A DNA stretch of 64,000 nt, from the NCBI RefSeq assembly GCF_006345805.1, contig NC_043006.1, positions 72,664,001 to 72,728,000 of the forward strand, written 5' to 3'. Of this stretch, positions 25,707 through 38,582 are shown piece after piece. This stretch comes from Octopus sinensis (lineage: Eukaryota). Position 1 is the stretch's first letter; every line of letters begins with the position of its first letter. Under the pieces are notes generated by a model. That model was not told the DNA's origin. It did no database searches and worked only from the letters and a program-made list of their open reading frames with translations. Made by a program: the position numbers and the translations under genes.

Positions 25707-27694
25707 TTAAAAGTTACTTCTGTGTCTTCCACATGTGATGTATTTAGTTTTTAGATAATTCTCTTGTGTAGTTCTTTTGGAATGTTTTACCTGATTTTTA
25801 ATTGTGTAAACTTTGTATTATATTTTATTTAGCTTGAAATATTTTTTTTCATGTCATATTATAAATATATACTTTCTTTAATTGGCTTTAAGTCATTTAT
25901 TGTCAAGTTTTACAATACTATTCAGTTGTAAATCTACAACATACCCATATGTTCGAGATAATAGTTTAGTTCCTGCATTCAGTTCTGAATCTTTGTTACT
26001 AGGGTACAAGTCCTGGTGGTGCCTTCCTGTTGCTCAGTCATTGGGTAAGTTCATTTAGCTCTGACAACACACACATACCCACACACACAGCACAACCACA
26101 CACAACACACACACACACACAGATAAGGATGTATTAAACTTTAGTTTTAGCTTTATAATGTAGAGATATGTTAAAACTTTGTCTTATGTTGGTGTATTAA
26201 TGATAAAACAAAAATTTATTATCCTTGCTCCCATCATTACTTCTATATCAAATATTTTAATAAAACTCTTTTAAGTTATAATCAGTGCATTTAATAAAAT
26301 CTTGAATTTTCAGCTCCAAACTACTTCTTTACTATGAATATGGTAACATTATCACTATCGCTTTAGCATTTTCTACAGCCACTAAAATATCTCAAATTAC
26401 TAAATTGCTTTTTAGATTTCATTGCTAATATTCTTCGCAGTATTCTGTTACTTAATATAAACTTCTAATGTTAATATTTCTAATTACCAATAAACCCTAC
26501 ATTGGAATTATTTTATTAATTTACATTATACATTTTTTGAATGATACAGTATTGTTGGTTTCCAGTTCATAGCATTTTAAAAAATTTATTTGTAAGTAAG
26601 AAGGGTGTGTCTGCATCTCAGGCAGATAAAATACCATATGGTATTTTTGTTTGAATATACTAGCTTATCAGTTATCTTGCTGATACATATCAACAAAAGA
26701 TAAACATATATGACAGGCGTTCACATAGTGTCTGTCCACAAGATTTCACTCAGAAAGTATTAGAAACCATGAGGCTATAGTAAAATACATGTCCAAGGTA
26801 CTGTAGAGTGGGATAGAACTGGAACCACATGTTTAAAGGTGTGACTTAATTACAAAGCCATTAACAATTTGTAAGGAAACAAAGTTCAATAACTGTATTT
26901 TTTTGAATCTATAAGCTTGATACTTGTCTAATTCCAATGTAGATTGCAGACGTGAAATTAATATTGTAGCCTGATGTGATAAAACAAAATGTGTTTTATC
27001 ATGTAATTTCTTTTAACTTAAATGAAACTGAATTTATTACATAGGTATTCTAATGCAGAAAAATTACAAAAATCATTTCTTACATTTTAACAACCAAAAA
27101 CCTTAGAATTAATCCAGTTATATAACATTATTGAAGAAAATATTTATATCTTGAAATCATTCAATAAAACTATGAATGGGTTGCTGTCTCAGGCTATCCA
27201 GTATAAATATTATGCTACTTAGACTAAATATCACACTAATTAATTATTGTATTCTTACTCTAGAGTTCCTTTAAATTAATTTACATTTAAGTTTTGTCTT
27301 TCATAAAACTTTTGAGAAATTATTGCAGTGATATAAAATTTTATATAGGTTTTACATTAACAAATAATACTCCTATAGTGAATGATTAAAGAAATGGCTT
27401 TCTTCGATGCCATTGGACTTTTCTTTGTACTAAAATACATGGATATTTCATCAGTCAGTAGAGTTGCAATGTAAATAAATTTATTCCTATGTGTGTTTAA
27501 TTTATATTCTTGAATTTTGTAATTATTAATTTGAAATTAATAATTGTGGTCACTTACCATAATGTTTGTTACAATTAAATACTGCTATTGTTTTTAAGGT
27601 GTCTCACAAAAACAAATATTACATTATTCAGTTATTTATATTACATTTATTTATTTCAATTTTTGGCTGTAATGATATTAAATTTTGTTTCCAG

Positions 27695-27900
27695 ACATGC
27701 ATCAAATTAGTGCCATTGAAAACCCAGCTATTCGACGTGGAGATGATGATGATCGCGAAGATTTAAAAAGTGAAAACAGTAAAGATAAATGGTATGAAGA
27801 AGTGGAAAATATTAGTGAGCCGCCTGATGTTGGAGAAGGTGTGGATTATCATTCAGACATAAGTGATTATGAAGAGATTATACGGAAGAAAAAGAAAAAA
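27695..27900 (+). CDS. DPF2: d4/DPF exon 4, acidic linker ending in a basic NLS-like run (DMHQISAIENPAIRRGDDDDREDL...DYEEIIRKKKKK)
   Basis: ttgtttccag acceptor, open frame, GTGTGT donor; phase 1 to 0 fits both neighbouring exons. Confidence 0.85.
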
Positions 27901-28524
27901 GTGTGTATAAATATTTAACTTGTTAATAATTAGTGATAATAACCTTGTAAATTGTTGATTTTTATCACCTTTCTCTATGCTAAAATGACTTTGATTGTTC
28001 TGCAAAGAGGAATGTTTGTGTGAATTACTGGTACATTTGTTTAAAATACTTGCAAGCTTTCATAGTGATAGCTGTTGATGAAAAAGGTTTAAGCAGTATT
28101 TTAGTAATATTTTTATTTGTATTTGTCTGGAGCTTCCACACAGTATAAATAGCAAGGTTTCCAAAACAGGAGTTTTTAAAAAAATTTTTGTATGTGAAGG
28201 ACTGATATTGCTGTTGCCATTGTAGCTTATTTGTAGATTGAAATCTTAGTACAATCTCAAAATACATTCTATTCTACATGAGATTAAATAAATTGTTTCA
28301 AAAATTTTTTTCTTGATAAATTACAGCATCTTGTTTTGCATAAAACAATCATGTGGATGTGACAACATACATTCTGTAAGATAATTTCACAATGACAGAA
28401 TACTGACAATTAACAATCCTTTTTTTTCCTCTCTTTAGTCTGCTATATAAGTAGTGTTAGCATTTTTTCTGTATGTATTTGCTGACAATGCAATGATTTC
28501 TTTTTTCACTTTTTTTTTTGTCAG

Positions 28525-28603
28525 GGAGGCGGGCGAGGCAGAAGGAAAGTTGACAAAGAATCTACACCAATTGATGATAAAGACAAGCCATACTGTTGCG
28601 AAG
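28525..28603 (+). CDS. DPF2: d4/DPF exon 5 (GGGRGRRKVDKESTPIDDKDKPYCCE), start of the C2H2 finger
   Basis: Long T-tract plus tcag acceptor; DKPYxC motif as in DPF proteins; G|GTAATG donor; phase 0 to 1. Confidence 0.92.
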
Positions 28604-31600
28604 GTAATGGTTTATATTCTTATTCTTTTCCTTAGTTTTTTTTCTCTTACCCTCTTGTATTTGACTTTCTAAGATCTAAGTTTATTTACAAACCATAGTT
28701 GGTGTTATTCAGGAAGAATCTGACATCTTCAGTTATTCATCATCATTTTAATGTATGTTTTTCCTTGCTGGCATGGGTTGGATGATTCAGCAGGTGTTGG
28801 CAAGTCGGAACTGCGCCAAGCTCCATTGTCTGCTTTAGCATGGTTTGTATGGTTGAATGCTGTTGCTACAACCAGCCACTTTAGAGAGTGGGTGAGTTTT
28901 TACATGCTACTGGTACTGATAAGGTTATCAAGTATCTCATAAGACAAGGCCCCTCAACTGAGGTTGGTGGGGGAAGTATGTTGAGAGAGGTGGTTTTATG
29001 CTAGGTGATGAGCGGTTAAAAAAATGGTGGGGATAGGAACAGGTGTCTTGCAGTCAGGGAGATACATGATTACCCCAGTTAGAAGAGAACGGCCGTGAAG
29101 ATTTGTCAGGGCATACCCTCAACTTACTGGAAGGTGAATAAAGAGAAGTGATATAGGTAGATAGGTAAGTTTATGGTGGTGTGAGAGGTGAATGGGAGAT
29201 GGGTAGAGAGAGGTGCAGTTAGTAGTGAACACGGGTGGAGGCAAGGTCCATCATGACTTGATAGTATGTGGCAGCAAGGATGATGTGAAGTGAATTGGGG
29301 TAGTATGTGAGAGAAATGAACATTGCTAGGACCAAAGTCATAGGTAAAAGGTAAAGACCCCATCAGTCATGAATGATCATGGGATTGCACCTAGAAAGTT
29401 CCCCTCCAAGGCATAAGTCCAGGCAGGGTTGTTTATGAAAGACCAGCAGTCACCTACACATACCAGCCTTCCCTTCCACACCACTGATGTTATCCAAGGG
29501 AATGGGAAAGATGGATACAGCTTGGCACCAATGATGCCACAACTCATTTCTACAGTTGAGTGAACTGGAACAACGTGAAATGAAGTGTCTTGTTCAAAAA
29601 CACAACACACAACCCAGTCTTGGAATCAAACTCATTACCTCGTGATTGTGAGCCTGACACTCTAACCACTGAGCCATGCTTCACCAAGTCAGAGGTATTA
29701 CTGACAAAATGAAGGGTGCCCTGGAGAAGAGAGCACCAAGTAAGAGGCAAGACAAAACAATGTTCCATTGACTGGGGGAGGAGGGGGTAGCATTGTGCCA
29801 GTTAATGAGACATTAACGAAATAATAGAGGGGCAAATATAGGTGTCTGGCTGCAGAAGAGATACAAGGATATCCCAGTTGGTCAAGAAGGGAGAAGGAGA
29901 CTTAATGAGAAAGATAGAGATGGAGAGTGGGAGACATGGTGGTGAATGTGTCAGGACATACTCTCAAGGCACAGTGGTGGAGCATATAAGTGAAGTGATA
30001 CAGAAGATTGAACTGGGTGGGGGAAGGTAGATAGATGGGATAGATGTGGCTGTAGTAATTGAAGGTGGGCAATATAGGAGTGGCTCAAGGGTAGGGTTTT
30101 ACGTTATACATGTTTGGGCATTGGGAGAGATAGGGGTTGAAAGAGGTATAAGGATGGATAGATGGAATATAGCAGAGATGAATGTGGATTTAATGGAGCT
30201 TACTAGTTTCATTCCTCTCTAGCCTTCACATGTCCTCTGCATTTAGGACCCATGTCTCATTATTATGTAACATTGCAGTTTGGACACAAGCATCATAAAA
30301 TCTTCCTTTCACTCAGAGAAAGAAACTTTTAGTTGCCAAACAGAGGTAAAGGCATCCTCATATATCTATCTGTCTGTCTGTTTGTCTATCAATAAATAAG
30401 AAGAAAAGGTTAATTCTCTATTGCAATTTCGAAGTTAGGAACATATTATACCATGTTATATACCGTATCATAAAATAGTAGATATAAACAATATAACAGT
30501 CCCATTCCTCTCACCAGGAGAATATTCTTATAGATACAAATTCATACAAAATCATACCTTTGGGCTTACATATATCCCGACTGGCAAGAATAATGTGTCA
30601 ACCTCTATCTACATGTTCAAATTCTGAATTCCGTCATGCACAGCGTTTATGAGAAAAGACCAGTAAATCAAGCCACAGCAAAATACCGTATATGAATGAG
30701 AAAATTAAATAATTAAAAAAATGTAAAAATACATTATGAAGGATATGTTGTAAACTATTAATAATTATTTATGAATAAAGCAATGGCCAAACATGTAATA
30801 ATGAATTAGATAAAAGAAGAGTGTTTATAATTATGAATAACTCACAATTATAATGGAGAGTGTTTGAAAAACCCTTACATGTTTAAAAATAGCAGTCAAA
30901 AGCCTCTATAAAGCCACTATTACCACTCATATTTTATCTCCTCACAATAAAGCTCTCTTATTTCTTTACTGCCCACAAGGGGCTAAACATAGAGGGGACA
31001 GACAAAGGAATTAAGTCGATTACATCGACTCCAATGCATAACTGGTACTTATTTAATGAACCCCGAAAGGCAAAATACTGGATATATGCATGCACACACA
31101 CACACACACACATACATAAACAACATAAACAAGCATGGATTGGCACCTTGCACAAGTGTTTTCTTCTCCAGCCCAAGGCTTACCAAAGCCTCGTGATTAG
31201 ATTTGGTTGACAGAAACTGAAAGAAACCCACATGTATGCATGCATGCATGCACGTAGGTAGATAAGTATGTGTGTGTGTATATTTTTATATATACACACC
31301 ACACACACACACACACACACACGTAAAAGATAGAAATCCTTCGCGAGTCATATACACTCATAGGGCTGGTTTCCATAGTGCATATATTCCCCACTAGCTG
31401 GGACACTGATCTATTATAGCATTACTCATTTTTACCAGCTAGGTGGACTAGAGCAACATGCAAAGAAGTATTTTGCTCAAGAACACAATGCTTTGCTGGT
31501 CCAGGAATTGAAGTCACAATTTTATAGTCATAGTCCAAAACCCTAACCAGTAAGCTATGGGCCTCCACATACACATATAATGTGTATGTGTGTGTGTCTG

Positions 31601-33489
31601 TAAGTGAGTGCTTTACTCTCTCTCCTTGCCTTGACATCAGGTAAAAACTGAGTGAGTATCACTGTTGTACAAGAGGGGTTCTTTGTTTCCAATCATCCAT
31701 AAAAACATGTCTGGGCATGATGAAATATTGCTTTACCTGGAAATAAGTGTGGTTTGACAACAGGAACTGCATCCAACCATACAAAATCTGCCTGACCTGT
31801 GTGAGCATGGAAAAGTGAATATTTTGTGTGTGTGCACGTGCATATATATATATCCCTGATACACATATATATATATCATCATCATCATCATTTAACGTCC
31901 ATTTTCCATGCTAGCATGGGTTGGACCCTCAGTCAAAACCGTCCAACCCATGCTAACATGGAAAACGGATGTTAAATGATGGTGATGATATATATATATA
32001 TCAGTGGTGTGCAGTGACTTCTGAGGTTGGTCATGCAATAAATACTTGGCGCACATGGAAACCCGCGTTTTCGGCTATGGAGATTCCAATTCTCAAAAAC
32101 AAAATTAACGAAAATCACAACTTAAAAATTTCAATTCCCACAGTAAAATGAGGTACACTGTGACAAAGTTGCAAAAAAAGAGTTTGTTGGAGATTTGGCT
32201 GTTATTTCTGCTCTCATTTTTTTTTTGTAACTTTCAAGTTTCATTTTGTAGACAAAAACACTTTCAGTTGCGCAAAAAAAAAAAAAAAAGAAAGACTTTC
32301 ATTTCACTTTATCACAGAATACCTCTTTTTACTGCAATTGTGAATTGTAAATCAGTTTCAACAAAATGGAAAGATAATTTTAGCTATATTATATTTCTGA
32401 TTTTCAGAATTTATTTTGTTCAATACAGAAAGGATTGTTGATAATAATTTCAAAACTTACGACAGAGAGAAATAGATATTCCTAAGTCATGGCAACATTT
32501 AAGCTGACTAATTAAGAATTATGGGATTGTTGATATGTTTTGGTCAGAACTTTTAGTGGTCAAAAAGTCAAACCCATTTAACCATCAATTACAAAGAATT
32601 ATTAACAAAGAAGAACTGATAGAAAGGGACGGGGAAGCCAAAACATGCATTTTTCTGAAAGCTTGCTTTCTGTAGTTAAAAAAGAATCTTACGGGCATTG
32701 AAATGATAGTTATTGAAAGATAGGAAGGTGGGGACAAAAGATTTCATATGCCTTTTTCTTTAAGCATGCCTAGTGGAAGCAAAACGAAAACACAGCGAAG
32801 TATCAGTCTGGATGGGTTTCCTTTGAAACAAAGTAACTCGCTCAGTTTCCAATGATTTGGACAACTTTTCTATGGTTATAAATACATTACGTTCTTCAGT
32901 TGATTTTTGAGTTACATAGAAATCAACAGACATGCAGTGCATGACTAGCATGTCTCATAGATGATAATATTTTTAACTGAAATATTATAACCATGTCTGA
33001 ATGTTCAAGTGCTTCAATTCTATCTACGTACATATATTTACTCAATTGTTTAAATTTATCAATGGTTTCTCTCATTGTTTTGATATGCTATTTTCCATCA
33101 TTAATAAAACTGATGGCGTGGGTGGCACGTAAAAAGCACCATTTGAGTGTGATCGTTGCCAGCGTCGCCTTACTGGCACGTGAAAAACAACATTCGAGTG
33201 TGGTCGTTGCTAGTGCCACTGGACTGGCTCCTGTGCAGGCAGCACGTAAAAAACACCTTTTAAGTATGGTCGTTGCCAGAATTGCCTCACTGACCCTCAT
33301 GCCAGTGGCATATAAAAGCACCTACTACACTCTCTGAGTGGTTGGCGTTAGGAAGGGCATCCGGCTGTAGAAACTTTACCAGATCAGATTGGAGCCTGGT
33401 GCAGCCTTCTGACTCACCAGTCCTCAGTCAAACTGACCAATCCATGCCAGCATGGAAAGTGGATATTAAACGACAATGATGATGATGAT

Positions 33490-34140
33490 TGTGTGTGTGT
33501 AGTGCTCAGGTGCACTGCAATTCATCAAACGTGCATGTACAGTACTTAGAATTATGTACAAAGGTCAGGAAAGTGAACAGTATGAGTCATGATATAAATG
33601 TGTGCATGCGTATGGAGGGGGGGAATATCAGGTGTAGTGTTGGCAAATTTCAGGAAGCATGGAGGTTTTAAAGGATGCAATGTCTCAGCAACTAACAACT
33701 GATGCAGGTAGTTTGTTCCATGCTTCAGCAACTCTGAGTGAAAAAATGTTTCCGAAAGTCATGGGAGTTGTGCTGTTTTCTGACTTTGTAGGCATTCCCA
33801 CGTGTTAGATATATGGTGCTCAAAAAGGTGTTCAAGGTGGTTGTTGGCGCAATGTTAATAATTTTGTGGGTGTTTACTAAGTCAGTTGCTAGTTGTCGGA
33901 GCTTCAATGTATCTATGCTCAGGGAAGCAAGGCATTCAGAGTATGGTAGATGCCTGATGGAGGGTATTTGCTTGGTTGTACATCTCTGAGCAGTTTCCAG
34001 GGGGTCACTGTCCTGAGCAAGATACGGGTTCCAGACTGGTGATGTAAATTCTAAGTTTGGCTGCACCATAGCCATATACAGCTTTAAATAGATAACTGGA
34101 GTTCCCAAAGGCCTAGCAGGAATGGTTTATTTAGCTATAT
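33490..34140 (-). mobile_element. CR1/L2-clade LINE 3' ORF2 remnant
   Basis: LYMAMVQPNLEFTSPVWNPY..LETAQRCTTKQI..RHLPYSE.L..L..LKLRQLATDL..HKII..TRG...RKHFF is the CR1-type post-RT signature. Confidence 0.8.
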
Positions 34141-35450
34141 TTTATGGTATTAGGTACTTGAATTATATGCTGATAACAGTGCTCTATCAAGGGGTATATA
34201 TTCAGAAGACCTGGAACCTTTTTCCATCAACTATGTGAATTGGAGTATGTTGACAAGCAAAATACCTGCTCTAGTTGAGAGTTAAGGTCTATGATTTAGT
34301 AGCCCAAGTTCTTTTTTATTTGGCCTCAATTTTGTCTAAGTTTTAAAATATTTCATTAAGATGTCTCAGAACCAGTAATGAATTGAGTGAGAGCCTACAT
34401 CTGTCCAATCTTGACTTTGATGAAGACACAAGTTCAGGATTGCATGCCACAGCAGATTTGATACCAGAGCTGGTGCCACATAAAAAGCAACCAGTACACT
34501 CTGTGGAGTTGTTTGTGTTAGGAAGGGCATCCAGCGGTAGAAACTGTGCCAGAACAGACAATAGAGCCTGGTACAGCCCCTGGCCATACCAGTTCCAGTC
34601 AAGCTGTCCAGTCCATGCCAGCATGGAAAACAGATGTTAAATGATGATGATGATGAAATCTGTTGAATTGCATAAGAACTTTACAATGTTGAAGTGTGGG
34701 ACTTAAGCCTAAAGGTTACCATGGTGAGGGCTAATGTATTAACATGTAACCTGTGAGAGTAATATCAGGAAATTGTCTTTACTTATTATAATTAAATTTT
34801 TTTTTATTGGAGTCAGTATCCTTGGCCTCTGCAGGCCCTCCTAGACTGGTGAATTGATATCATTAACATTTCTCTTGAACCTTTGTAAATTGACACTTGC
34901 AAGAAAGATATGAGTAGGGAGGGGAGGTAATTCCAGAGGTCTGAAGTTCTAAGAACCAAGTTCTGGGCATAGTGATTAGTGTGAAGCTTGGTGGAGAATG
35001 GTGGACATGGGAAAGATGAAGTGATGAGAAGAGAGGCAAGTGTGACAGAAATACTTGAATGGAAGTGGCATGAAGCCAGCCAGCTCTAAACAGGAGAGGC
35101 CATTATAGTAACAGTAGAAAAAGCAGAAAGAGGAGATAACATACCTGTGGGACATAGGCTGGTGCTTGTCTGTAAATTTATGCCAATCATAGGTGGCTCT
35201 TCTCTGGAAGTGGTTGGACTTATACATGTACAGCAGCAGCACTGTCCCAGGCATGGGTGCAATACTTGATTGTGGCTTCACTTGATCTTTGTGGAGTGTC
35301 AATAATTATTGTGTGTAGTGGGGAGGTGTATCTTATGGCTGTGGACAGAAGGGCAGGTTCTTGATATGCTTTTGCCAGGAGAGATCCTCAGTGGTAGTGA
35401 GTCCAGCAATAAATTAAGAAAATGTCAAATTTGTCTGTATCAGACTGAGA
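34140..35450 (-). mobile_element. Probable upstream (endonuclease-region) remnant of the same LINE, interrupted by a SINE at ~34440-34655
   Basis: Contiguous, more GC-rich sequence with degenerate EN-like peptides (VLLLYMYKSN); weak. Confidence 0.4.
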
Positions 35451-36547
35451 TGAAACGAAAAGAAACTCTAGATTAATCACTGTCAATGAAGTATCCTTTG
35501 AATTAAAGACTAGACTTCTTGGATACATTGCTGGAAATAGTAGATATGTTCTGTTATTAATTGATATTTGTGGGAAAACTAGTAATAGAAGTGGGTGTGT
35601 TACTCAGAAAGTAATTACTTTGGCTGTCAGTTATAGTATTTCTCTCTTTATGCTGAGGTATTTGTAAGAACTGTGAAACTAATGTAGGGAAGCATATCAC
35701 TGAAAGCAGATTTGTCATGGTTGAAGAATAACTTGATCATAGGTGATAGCATAGCTGAGTAGTTAAGAAGCTTGCTTTATGACTATGTGGTTTTAGGGTC
35801 CAGCCCCACTGCATGACACTTTTGCTGTATATTTGCCACTGTAGCTCTGGGCCACCCAATGCCTTTCATGTGAATTTGGTTGATAGAAACTCAGTAGAAG
35901 CTTGTCACGTGTGTGTTTGTGTTTATTCTCTCTCTGCTTGACAACCGGTATTGGTTTGTTTACTTCCTTGTGACTTAGCAGTTTAGCAAAAGAGACCAGT
36001 AGAATAAGTTGCAAACTTTCAAATAAGTACTAGGATCGATTTGTTCAAAGTTGTGCCCCAAAATAGTCAGAGTTCAAATGACTGAAACAAGTAAAGATAG
36101 TTTGTTGGTTGTACAGTATTGAGAACACAGAAGGGTAATTGAGTAGTAAAAGTGGCCAGTCATTGAAGGTATTGATTATTGTATATGAAAGAGATCAGTA
36201 CCAATGTTTAAACATTATCATTATCATCATATGTCTGCTTTCCATGCTGGCATGGGTGGGATGGTTTGGCTAGAGTTGACAAGCTGGAAAGCTGCACCAA
36301 GTTCCAGTTGTGTTTTTTGGCTTGATTTCTTTGATTGGCTGCCAGCCATTTTGCAGGGTTACTTGGTGCTTTTTATGTGACACGGGTACGAGTGCTTTTT
36401 ATGTGGCACAAATAGGTGTAGAACATCTTGTGTTCAGAGTGAAAGGTTATGGTAGAGGTTGACTAAAGATGTCTTAGGTACAAGGAAGTAGTTAGTTTAG
36501 ATACAAGAATATAGTTCAGAAGTGAGCTGAAAATGGATCAGTACATG

Positions 36548-36872
36548 AAGGCGCATGGCTCAGTGGTTAGAGCGTCGAGCTTATGATCGTGAGGTTGTGA
36601 GTTTGATTCCTGGACTGGGCTGCATGTTGTATTCTTGAGCAAGACACTTTATTTCACGTTGCTCCAGTTCACTCAGCGAGTTGCGACATCACTGGTGCCA
36701 GACTATATCAGCCTTTGCCTTTCTCTTAGATAACATTGGTGGTGTGGAGAGGGGAGGCCGGTATGCATGGGTGACGGTTGATCTTGCATAAACAACTTTG
36801 CCCGGACTTGTGCCTCAGAGGGTAACTTTCTAGGTGCAATCCCATTGTCATTCATGACTGAAGGGGCTCTTT
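36548..36872 (+). mobile_element. Full-length-looking tRNA-derived SINE (GGCGCATGGCTCAGTGGTTAGAGCG...GAGTTTGATTCC head)
   Basis: Clear A and B boxes; inverted copy at 29370-29682; related heads at 60836-61075 (+) and 31415-31565, 45250-45440, 51680-51920 (-). Confidence 0.8.
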
Positions 36873-37452
36873 TTATAGAAGGAAAGATTGTAGACTTAAC
36901 TAAGCCATCCCTGCATAAAAAAATGATAGTTGCAGAAGTAGTGACTTGAAATAAGTAAAGTCATTTTTACTTTACTTAAGCCCTTCACTCCCTGTGGAGC
37001 ATAAACCATCAATGACTTTTTTCCATTGTTCTCAACTCTGAGTTGTCTCTTCTCCCAGGTCTTGTCAGACTTTGAATTACTATTGATGCTTCTATAACTT
37101 TGCTTTTTTTGTCTAGTTAGGAATGTTGGCCCCTATGTAAACCTATTTTTACCTCTGGGAAGAAGTGGTTCATACTAGTATGGCCTCTACCCTTTGATTT
37201 GTCCACCCAGGATGCCGTACCAGAGGCCATCACACCATAACAAGGATTCTTTGAGTTGGAAGTGAAATCATGCTTATGGAATAATTATGTTACAGAGAAA
37301 ATTAGGTCTATACGTCCACTTAATGTACGTGTATTATAGTCTTTCTCTTCCTTACAAGTGTTCAGAGTGTTACAATTTTACATGTAACACTTGTAAAATT
37401 GCATGTGTTACTTGCACTGATGTTTTAAGTTGTATTCTAATTATCATTTCAG

Positions 37453-37572
37453 CGTGTGGGGCTCGATACAAAACAAGACCTGGACTTGCATATCATTATA
37501 CACATTTTCATAATGGGATGTTGGATGCTGACGAAAGCTGTGCCCCATCTCCTCCTGCTCACAAACCACCAG
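37453..37572 (+). CDS. DPF2: d4/DPF exon 6, C2H2 finger (ACGARYKTRPGLAYHYTHFHNGMLDADESCAPSPPAHKPP)
   Basis: CxxC...RYKxRPGLxYHYxHxH matches the DPF C2H2 finger; catttcag acceptor, G|GTTGGT donor; phase 1 to 1. Confidence 0.95.
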
Positions 37573-37802
37573 GTTGGTTTTTTGACTTCTTTATCTCTAG
37601 AAGCATTTTATAATTTTCTATTTTCTTTGCTCATTGTTATTATTTCAAAAATACTAACATAATGACAGTGATGAACATAAATTCTTTTTAATGCTTTGCT
37701 ATCAAGTATGTAATTTAAAACGTTTTTGTGCATCTCTTTACTTATGTAGATGAAAATTGCATTCAAGTATGTGTGTCTCTTTCTCTCTGTCTGTCTTTCT
37801 CT

Positions 37803-37809
37803 TGGATAT

Positions 37810-37851
<42 letters not shown>

Positions 37852-38146
37852 ATATATATATGTTTATATATATGTATATATGTTGTATGTATATATATAT
37901 ATGTATGTTTGTATGGATATATATATATGTATGTATGTTGTATGGATATATATATATATATGTATGTATGTTTGTATGGATATATATATATATATGTATG
38001 TATGTTTGTATGGATATATATATATATGTATGTATGTTTGTATGGATATATATATATATATATGTATGTATGTATATATATATATGTATATATGTTTGTA
38101 TGTATATATATATATGTTTATATATATATGTATATATGTTTGTATG

Positions 38147-38179
<33 letters not shown>

Positions 38180-38582
38180 ATATATATATATAATATATAT
38201 ATGTATGTATGTATATATATATGTATGTTTGTATGGATATATATATGTATGTTTGTATGGATATATATATATATGTATGTATGTTTGTATGGATATATAT
38301 ATATGTATATATATGTTTGTATGAATATATATATATATATGTATGTATGTTTGTATGGATATATATATATATATATGTATGTATGTATATATATATATGT
38401 ATATATGTTGTATGTATATATATATATGTTTATATATATGTATATATGTTGTATGTATATATATATATATGTATGTATGTATATATATATATATATGTTT
38501 ATATATATGTATATATGTTTGTATGTATATATATATATATATGTATGTATGTATATATATATATGTGTGTGTGTATGTATGT
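37803..38582. repeat. Complex (TA)n/(TATG)n minisatellite with a recurring TATGTATGTTTGTATGGATATA unit
   Basis: Directly visible; it explains the six long Y/I/M/C/V-rich ORFs here. Confidence 0.95.

Noticed and set aside
33100-33320. Three ~55-60-bp GGCACGT(A/G)AAAA repeats that look like a spaced array
   Set aside because: An internal tandem repeat of a common RTE-tail SINE in a eukaryotic intron; the intervening parts are homologous and there are no cas genes, so it is not CRISPR
36548-36625. tRNA-like A/B boxes (also at 29600-29682 and 60836-60905)
   Set aside because: These are SINE heads with no complete cloverleaf, followed by SINE bodies, so they are not tRNA genes
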